This document shows positions 1 through 5,767 of a stretch of 11,221 nt of DNA, in pieces (the first letter of the stretch is position 1; each line of letters starts with the position of its first letter). Below the pieces are notes generated by a model that did no database searches, was not told the origin of the DNA, and saw only the letters and a program-made list of their open reading frames with translations. Source of the DNA: Abditibacteriaceae bacterium (GTDB taxonomy: Bacteria > Armatimonadota > Abditibacteriia > Abditibacteriales > Abditibacteriaceae). Location: the NCBI GenBank assembly GCA_031372065.1, contig JANMKN010000307.1, positions 1 through 11,221 on the forward strand, in the 5' to 3' direction. Made by a program: the position numbers and the translations under genes.

Positions 1-16
1 CCGCAAACGTTTGCGG
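1..16. promoter_or_regulatory. Perfect 16-bp palindrome resembling a LacI/PurR-family operator
   Basis: CCGCAAAC|GTTTGCGG has a central CG flanked by AAA/TTT, as in LacI-family operators. It sits at the window edge, so its context is unknown. Confidence 0.45.
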
Positions 17-42
17 AGAGTGATGGGGAAGCAATTTGGGGC

Positions 43-58
43 TGGGAAACGTTTCACA
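43..58. promoter_or_regulatory. Near-perfect 16-bp palindrome resembling a LacI-family operator
   Basis: TGGGAAAC|GTTTCACA is 7/8 symmetric and has the same AAACGTTT core as 1-16. Confidence 0.45.
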
Positions 59-130
59 AGCGGCAAAATTGATAAAAAACAGCAAATTAACCGTGTTTTG
101 AGGCTTCGTTATCGTTAAAATTGATTGATA

Positions 131-1726
131 ATGCGTAAGCGGCACCATGATGATTCCAACGAAGAGTTGGAAGAGACTTTTCAAGGGTTATCCAATTTAA
201 TTGATTCTCCCGAAGAAATCGAGGCGGATACGCCCGAATTCGTCGAAGAAACCTCGTTCAAATCTTCGCAAAAAAAGCTGGTCACCGAAGACGTGGCCGG
301 TAGATTGTTCGCCGTCTTGGGGTTGGCGCGGGCCGGTTTGCCCGCCGCGCGCTTTTTGGCCGAACGCGGCGCGCGCGTTATCGGCTACGACAGCCGTTCG
401 ATGGAAGAACTCGGCCTTGAAGCCAAGCGTTTGCTCGGTTTGGGCGTCGAAATCAAAACCGGCGACCATAAATTTGAAGGCATCGAAAAATGTGAGTCTG
501 TGGTTTTGTCGCCGGGCCTGAAAATTCATCAAGAACCGCTCAAAACGCTGCTCGAAGGCATCGAATCGTGGGGCACCGAAGTCATCGGCGAATTGGAACT
601 GGCGTTTCGTTTTTGCCCGGCGCCGATTATTGCCGTGACGGGCACCAAAGGCAAAAGCACCACCACCAAACTTATCGCCGAGATGATGCAGGCCGCTGGC
701 GCCAAAGTGGTGCGCGCCGGCAATACCGGCACGCCGCTGATTGCCGAACTCAGCGCCTTGGATGAAGATTCATGGGCTGTGGTCGAAGTTTCGTCGTTCC
801 AATTGGAAAAAACGCCGACTTTTCGGCCTCGCATTGCCGTTTTGCTGAACCTTTTGCCTGACCATCTCGATTATCATCCGACGCTGTTTCAATATTGGTC
901 AACGAAATTAAAAATCTTCGCCAACCAAACGGCGGACGATGTGGCGATTTTCAATATTGATGACGCAGCGGTGGCGGCGATGGTCAATGGCGAAAGCGAT
1001 TTTATCAGCGTGCGCGAAAATATTCAGGCGCGCATTATGGTTGCCTCGGCGCGACAAGCGCCGCGCGCCGCCGAAGCCAAAATCAAGCCGGGCAGCGAAT
1101 GGATGGGCTGGGAACACGAAGGTCAGTGGACGCCGCTTTTGCCGTTGAGCAGCATTCCCCTGCGCGGCGCGCACAATATTTCCAACGTGGCCGCTGCCGT
1201 GGCCGCCGTCGGCGCGGCGATTGGCTCATCAGCGATAGATCACCGGCAAGACATCATTGACAGAATCAGCGTTTTTGAAAGTCTGCCGCACCGTTTGGAA
1301 ATCGTTTCGCACGCGCGCGATTTGACGTGGGTCAACGACAGCCAAGCCACCATTCCCGCTGCGGCGATTGCGGCATTGCACTCTTTCGAGCCGCCGATTA
1401 CCCTCATCGCGGGTGGACAGGCCAAATTAGACGCCTCGGCGTATGAGGCCCTTGGACAAGCCATCGTCAAATGTGGCGCAACGCTGATTACCATCGGCGA
1501 AGCCTCGGTTATGTTAGCCGATGTCGCGGCCAGAAACGGGCTGACCGATGACAAAATCATCGAAGCGCACACGCTGCAACAAGCGATTATCAAAGCCCGT
1601 CAGGTCACGCCGCCGGGCGGCACCGTGCTGCTCAGTCCGGCCTGCGCCTCGTTCGATCAGTTCAAGTCGTATGAAGATCGCGGCGAAAAATTCCGCGAAT
1701 TCGTCGGGCGTTTGTTCAGGCGATAA
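131..1726 (+). CDS. murD: UDP-N-acetylmuramoyl-L-alanine--D-glutamate ligase (MurD)
   Basis: Motifs VLGLARAG, VLSPG, AVTGTKGKSTT (P-loop), GNTG, VEVSSFQLE, NLLPDHLDYH, PHRLE, NDS.AT, LIAGG..K and LSPACASFDQFKSYEDRGEKF. It precedes ftsW. ATG at 131 is preferred over TTG at 125. Confidence 0.95.
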   Translation: MRKRHHDDSNEELEETFQGLSNLIDSPEEIEADTPEFVEETSFKSSQKKLVTEDVAGRLFAVLGLARAGLPAARFLAERGARVIGYDSRSMEELGLEAKRLLGLGVEIKTGDHKFEGIEKCESVVLSPGLKIHQEPLKTLLEGIESWGTEVIGELELAFRFCPAPIIAVTGTKGKSTTTKLIAEMMQAAGAKVVRAGNTGTPLIAELSALDEDSWAVVEVSSFQLEKTPTFRPRIAVLLNLLPDHLDYHPTLFQYWSTKLKIFANQTADDVAIFNIDDAAVAAMVNGESDFISVRENIQARIMVASARQAPRAAEAKIKPGSEWMGWEHEGQWTPLLPLSSIPLRGAHNISNVAAAVAAVGAAIGSSAIDHRQDIIDRISVFESLPHRLEIVSHARDLTWVNDSQATIPAAAIAALHSFEPPITLIAGGQAKLDASAYEALGQAIVKCGATLITIGEASVMLADVAARNGLTDDKIIEAHTLQQAIIKARQVTPPGGTVLLSPACASFDQFKSYEDRGEKFREFVGRLFRR

Positions 1727-1742
1727 AAGTCGTAAAAGCGCA

Positions 1743-1787
1743 TTCATCACAGCAAAAATCGCAGTTTTCATCACAGTTTCATCGTAG
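1743..1787 (+). repeat. Short direct repeats in the murD-ftsW spacer
   Basis: TTCATCACAG at 1743-1752 and 1767-1776, with the variant TTCATCGTAG at 1778-1787, just before the AAGGA RBS (1789-1793). Confidence 0.6.
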
Positions 1788-1798
1788 CAAGGAATCTC

Positions 1799-3262
1799 AT
1801 GCGTCCGCCTGCCGAAAACCCGTCTTCTTCAGCCTGCCCGCCCCAAAACACGGCCCCCGCCGACAATCAGGACACCATTATGGCCGCTGCCGCGCGCCGC
1901 GCGCGCCTGACGCGTCAACGCGAAGCGCAGCAGCGTTTGGCGCGCCATCGTTGGCTGGAAAAAGCGCGTGGGGGCGCGCAAGGCATTAATCGCGTGCCGG
2001 TGTGGACAGAATTGTCGGACGACGAACGCGAAGCCCTCGTGGTGCAACGCGAAGAAGCCGCGCGCGAACGGGCCGCCCTTCAAGCCGCGCGCGAAGCCGA
2101 GAAAATGCGCCGCTGTCCGCCCGCGCATTGGGGTTTGACCACCGTCACGTTCGCCTTGACTTTGCTGTCTATTCCGCTGATTTTTTCGGCGTCCACCGAT
2201 GATGCGCTGGCTCACAACAAAAGCGCCGATTATTATTTGTGGCGTCAATTAATCTTCGTCGGCATCGGTTTAATGGTGCTGTTCGGCGCTTCGCGCATTC
2301 ATCCCAACAATTTGCCGAAATGGATCAAAAGTTTGTATTTGGTCTCGATTTTTGGCTTATTGCTCACCAAATTCTCGCCGCTGGGCATCGCGGACGATCA
2401 AGGCATCGAACGCTGGCTGAAATTGGGGCCGGTGACGTTTCAGGTGTCGGAGCTTGCGAAAATTGCGCTGATTGGCATGGTCGCGCAGTTTTGGAGCGTG
2501 CTGTCTTTGCGCGAGCGCCGCGCGCTTGATCCGTGGCTTGTGGGTTGGTTAATTGGCTTGCCGCTCATTGGGTTGGTCTTTTTGCAGCCGCACTTGTCGG
2601 CGGCGGCGGTGCTTTTCGTTTTGCCCTGCGGCATCGCGTTTTTCGCGGGCGCGCCGTGGCAACGCATGGCGCAGATAGGCGGCGCTATTTTGGCTGTGGC
2701 TGCTCTTGTCGTGGCGCTTTGTGTGGTTGGCAAATGTCCGGGCCTCAAAGATTATCAACAAGAACGCATTCGTGCCTTCGTGGTGCGTCACGGCGATGCG
2801 GGTGGTGCTAAGAAGAAAGATTTCAAAGACGCCAACTATCAAGCCGAGCAGGGCATGAACGCTTTGCGTCGCGGCGGCATTTTAGGCGCCGGGCCGGGCG
2901 GCTCATTTTACAAGCACGGTCACACGCCGGAGCCTTATACCGATTTCATTTTGTGTATCATCGGCGAAGAATGGGGACTCGCGGGATCGTTGGCACTGCT
3001 GACGGCGTTCGGCGCCTTGATTTTCTTTTGCTTCCAAATTGGGCACAACGCTTCGTCTTCGTTTGAATCGCTGTTTTGCGCGGGCGTTGGCTCCTTGCTG
3101 GCGATTCAAGTGGTGGCGAATACCGGCGTAGTCACCGGCATTTTGCCTGTGACCGGTGTCGTTTTGCCCCTCGTTTCGTATGGCGGCAGCGGTCTTATTG
3201 TCATGCTCTTTGCCATCGGTGTGGTGCTGGGCATCTCGCGCCGCCAATGTGATTTAGAGTAG
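1799..3262 (+). CDS. ftsW: SEDS-family peptidoglycan glycosyltransferase FtsW
   Basis: About 10 hydrophobic segments. Motifs RWLKLGPVTFQVSELAK, YQ.ERI, PEPYTDFI (catalytic Asp), IGEEWG and LPVTGVVLPLVSYGGSG. Position after murD favours FtsW over RodA. AAGGA RBS present. Confidence 0.9.
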   Translation: MRPPAENPSSSACPPQNTAPADNQDTIMAAAARRARLTRQREAQQRLARHRWLEKARGGAQGINRVPVWTELSDDEREALVVQREEAARERAALQAAREAEKMRRCPPAHWGLTTVTFALTLLSIPLIFSASTDDALAHNKSADYYLWRQLIFVGIGLMVLFGASRIHPNNLPKWIKSLYLVSIFGLLLTKFSPLGIADDQGIERWLKLGPVTFQVSELAKIALIGMVAQFWSVLSLRERRALDPWLVGWLIGLPLIGLVFLQPHLSAAAVLFVLPCGIAFFAGAPWQRMAQIGGAILAVAALVVALCVVGKCPGLKDYQQERIRAFVVRHGDAGGAKKKDFKDANYQAEQGMNALRRGGILGAGPGGSFYKHGHTPEPYTDFILCIIGEEWGLAGSLALLTAFGALIFFCFQIGHNASSSFESLFCAGVGSLLAIQVVANTGVVTGILPVTGVVLPLVSYGGSGLIVMLFAIGVVLGISRRQCDLE

Positions 3263-3263
3263 G

Positions 3264-3344
3264 GGCAGGATGCGGACGGCGGGTGGCAGACGGCAGTATC
3301 CTGACTCCTACCAACTGCCTCCGGCTTACTGCCGACTGCCGTCT
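3264..3344. repeat. Intergenic imperfect palindrome built from 7-bp units
   Basis: GGCAGGA TGCGGAC GGCGGGT GGCAGAC GGCAGTA (3264-3298) is followed by inverted units CCTACCA ACTGCCT CCGGCTT ACTGCCG ACTGCCG (3307-3341). AGACGGCAGT (3288-3297) is the exact reverse complement of ACTGCCGTCT (3335-3344). Confidence 0.75.
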
Positions 3345-3361
3345 TGCTTAAACTACTGGCG

Positions 3362-4354
3362 ATGAAGTATTTTGTGGGCGTAGATGGCGGAGGCAGCAGC
3401 ACGCGCGCGGTGATTTTGGACGATGTGCTGCAAGTTATCGGGCGCGGCGAATCGGGGCCGAGCAATCATTATGTGGCGGGCGCCGAGAGTGCCGCACGTA
3501 ATTGCTTGTTTGCTGTCGAAGCTGCTTTGGCCGAAGCGCGTCGCTTGAACGCTGCCCTGACAGCCGACGATATTGCGGCGTGGGGACTTGGTTTGGCTGG
3601 TGTGCGCCGCCCCAAAGACACGGCGATCATGGAAGACGCGTTGCGCGCCGTGACCGAAGATAAGCCTTTTTATCTGGACACTGATGTCGCGGCGGCGCAT
3701 TCGGGCGCCTTTGCCGGCGGGCCGGGCGTGGTTCTTAGCGGCGGCACCGGCGCGATTGCTTATGGCGCCGACGAACACAACGACCGCTTTTATGCCGATG
3801 GCTGGGGGCCGCTGCTGGGCGACGAAGGCTCCGGCTACTGGATTGGTGTCGAAGCCCTGCGCGCTGTGTGCCGCGCCGCCGATGGTCGCGCGCCACGCAC
3901 AAGGCTCACCGCGCCGGTTTTCGATTCGCTTAATCTGGCACATATAGACGAACTCGTGCCACTGATTCAATCGCCGCAAACTAAGCGCGATGTCATCGCC
4001 AAATTAGCGCGTCTGGTTTTCGACGCGGCAGAAAACGGCGACGCGCTGGCTACGGATATTCGGCAGCGCGCCGCTTTGCATTTGGGCAACACCGTAGTGG
4101 CGGTGGCGCGGGCCATGCTGCAAAAACGCCGCGAACGCGCCGGAATTTTCGCGCCGGAGCCTTTGGAATTGTTAGTGACTTTGCGCGGCAGTCTGTTCGA
4201 GGACGACGCGTTTCGCTCCATGACCGGCTTTCAAACCGGCGAGCGCATTGTCGAAATGAAGCGCGATTTTCTGCCGCTTTCCGGCTGGCGCATCGTCCGC
4301 GCCCAACATGATGCCGCCACCGGCGCCGCGCTTTTGGCGATGAAAATTGTTTAA
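3362..4354 (+). CDS. BadF/BadG/BcrA/BcrD-family ASKHA sugar kinase, probably a GlcNAc/MurNAc kinase
   Basis: Motifs MKYFVGVDGGGSST, GESGPSN, GLAG, GGTGAIAYG and DGWGPLLGDEGSGYWIG. ATG at 3362 fits the usual family N-terminus better than TTG at 3344. Confidence 0.88.
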   Translation: MKYFVGVDGGGSSTRAVILDDVLQVIGRGESGPSNHYVAGAESAARNCLFAVEAALAEARRLNAALTADDIAAWGLGLAGVRRPKDTAIMEDALRAVTEDKPFYLDTDVAAAHSGAFAGGPGVVLSGGTGAIAYGADEHNDRFYADGWGPLLGDEGSGYWIGVEALRAVCRAADGRAPRTRLTAPVFDSLNLAHIDELVPLIQSPQTKRDVIAKLARLVFDAAENGDALATDIRQRAALHLGNTVVAVARAMLQKRRERAGIFAPEPLELLVTLRGSLFEDDAFRSMTGFQTGERIVEMKRDFLPLSGWRIVRAQHDAATGAALLAMKIV

Positions 4355-4417
4355 TAGCGGTTAGCTTTTAGCGGTGAGCTAAAAGCTAATTGCTAACCGC
4401 TAAAAGCTAACCGCTAC
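4355..4417. repeat. Intergenic palindrome of nine 7-bp units (25-bp inverted arms)
   Basis: TAGCGGT TAGCTTT TAGCGGT GAGCTAA AAGCTAA TTGCTAA CCGCTAA AAGCTAA CCGCTAC. Arms 4355-4379 and 4392-4416 are reverse complements with 1 mismatch. Confidence 0.9.
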
Positions 4418-4418
4418 T

Positions 4419-5387
4419 ATGCTTCTTGAAGCCCAACATCTCGTTAAACAATTTCCGGCGCGCGGTGGCGGTGCGCCGGTGCGCGCAGTGGATGATGTCT
4501 CGCTGCACATCGAACGCGGCGAAACATTGGGCTTGGTCGGCGAAAGCGGCTGCGGCAAAAGCACTTTGGGGCGCTTGATTTTGCAATTACTGCCCCGCGA
4601 CAGCGGCGATGTTTTTTTAGAAGGAAAAAGGCCAGAAAGCGATTTGCAATCCTTTCGGCATCGCGTGCAAATTGTCTTTCAAGACCCGTTTCGCTCGCTC
4701 AATCCGCGCCGCACCGTCGGGCAGGCTATCGCCGAGCCGTTGCAAATTCATAATTTGGTCGCGCCTGAAAAACGCCGCGAACGCGTGGCGCAGTTATTAA
4801 CCGAAGTCGGACTTGATACCGGCGCAATAGATCGTTATCCGCATCAATTTTCGGGCGGACAGCGCCAGCGCATCGGCATCGCGCGCGCTTTGGCTGTCGA
4901 GCCGCAATTAATTATTTTGGACGAGCCAGTTTCGGCCTTGGACGTGTCGGTTCAAGCGCAAATTGTGCAGCTTTTGCAGAATTTGCAGCGCGAACATGGC
5001 CTGAGTTATCTTTTTATCTCGCACAATTTAGCTGTGGTGCGGCACATGGCGCAACGCGTGGCCGTGATGTATCGCGGCAAAATCGTCGAAACCGCGCCGG
5101 TAACTTCGCTTTATAAGGCGCCGCGTCATCCTTACACGCGCGCTTTGCTCGAAGCGGTGCCCGAACCCGATCCGTCACGCGTTTTGATCTCGCCACCGCC
5201 CGCCGCGCCGATTTTTCACGAAACCGCCTGCCGCTACGCGCCGCGTTGCCTTTTAGCGCGGCAACTCGGTCAGGGCACGCTGCCTTCAGCGTGTTTAAAG
5301 GAAATTCCGCCGCTGCGTGAAGTCGCCATAAATCACGGCGCCGCCTGCCATTTTAGCGAGAAGATGAACGATGGAATCGCGTCTTGA
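4419..5387 (+). CDS. Oligopeptide/dipeptide ABC transporter ATP-binding subunit (OppF/AppF/DppF-like)
   Basis: Walker A GESGCGKS, Q-loop FQDP, signature FSGGQRQR, Walker B ILDEP, H-loop SHN, HPYT motif and a C-terminal four-Cys region (CRYAPRC...C...CHF). Confidence 0.93.
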   Translation: MLLEAQHLVKQFPARGGGAPVRAVDDVSLHIERGETLGLVGESGCGKSTLGRLILQLLPRDSGDVFLEGKRPESDLQSFRHRVQIVFQDPFRSLNPRRTVGQAIAEPLQIHNLVAPEKRRERVAQLLTEVGLDTGAIDRYPHQFSGGQRQRIGIARALAVEPQLIILDEPVSALDVSVQAQIVQLLQNLQREHGLSYLFISHNLAVVRHMAQRVAVMYRGKIVETAPVTSLYKAPRHPYTRALLEAVPEPDPSRVLISPPPAAPIFHETACRYAPRCLLARQLGQGTLPSACLKEIPPLREVAINHGAACHFSEKMNDGIAS

Positions 5388-5401
5388 TCGACATGAGATA
5401 G

Positions 5402-5704
5402 ATGACTAACCTTCAAACTAATGCGAAGCGTTCAATAATTGATCCGAAGCGGGCAATAATTGGCACGAAGCATTCAATAATTGATCCGAAGGGGCTAATA
5501 ATTCACGCGAAGCGTCCAATAATTGATCCGAAGCGGGCAATAATTAGCCCGAAGACCTCAATAATTGATGCAAAGCGGCCAATACTTGGTCCGAAGTGCC
5601 CAATGTTTGGCCCGAACTGCCCAATGTTTGACCCGAAGCGGCCAATGTTTGACCCGAAGCGGCCAATAATTGGCACCGAGAGTTCAAAAATTGGCCCGAA
5701 ATAG
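5402..5704 (+). CDS. Doubtful heptad-repeat ORF (IIDPKRx) spanning the 21-bp array
   Basis: This is the only frame open over most of the array. It has no clear RBS, uses ATA Ile codons heavily, shows mostly non-synonymous variation, and stops inside unit 14 while the array continues. Confidence 0.2.
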   Translation: MTNLQTNAKRSIIDPKRAIIGTKHSIIDPKGLIIHAKRPIIDPKRAIISPKTSIIDAKRPILGPKCPMFGPNCPMFDPKRPMFDPKRPIIGTESSKIGPK

Positions 5705-5728
5705 GCAAAAAAAGGCCCGGAGAGAGTA
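5414..5728. repeat. Tandem array of 15 degenerate 21-bp units
   Basis: Units start at 5414, 5435, 5456 ... 5708 with no indels. Consensus ATAATT-N4-CGAAG-N4-CA, e.g. ATAATTGATCCGAAGCGGGCA at 5435 and 5519. Confidence 0.95.
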
Positions 5729-5750
5729 AAATTTGCTTTCTTCGGGCCTT
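5707..5750 (-). terminator. Hairpin, probable intrinsic terminator between convergent transcription units
   Basis: AAGGCCCGGAGAGAGTA (5712-5728) pairs with TGCTTTCTTCGGGCCTT (5734-5750), using G-U pairs on the + strand. The A7 run at 5707-5713 gives a U-tract on the - strand, just downstream of the gene ending at 5768. Confidence 0.7.
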
Positions 5751-5767
5751 AGATTAAGTCGCGTAGT

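Noticed and set aside
98..121. sigma70 -35/-10 pair TTGAGG...TAAAAT
   Set aside because: The spacer is only 12 bp, so only the -10-like hexamer is kept as a candidate.
3264..4417. Kinase gene as a composite transposon or MITE-flanked element
   Set aside because: The two flanking palindromes differ in sequence, and no transposase or target-site duplication is visible.
197..5196. Many short or antisense ORFs inside murD, ftsW, the kinase and the Opp ATPase (e.g. 3353-3979 minus)
   Set aside because: Expected shadows in GC-rich coding DNA, with no motifs.
5414..5728. CRISPR or TIGR-type guide array
   Set aside because: The unit is only 21 bp, the variable blocks are 4 nt and recur, and no cas or Nop-domain gene is in the window.
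5414..5728. Conserved GAA or UUCG mini-hairpin in every unit
   Set aside because: Stems form in some units (AATGC-GAA-GCGTT, ACGC-GAA-GCGT) but not in most, so there is no consistent covariation.
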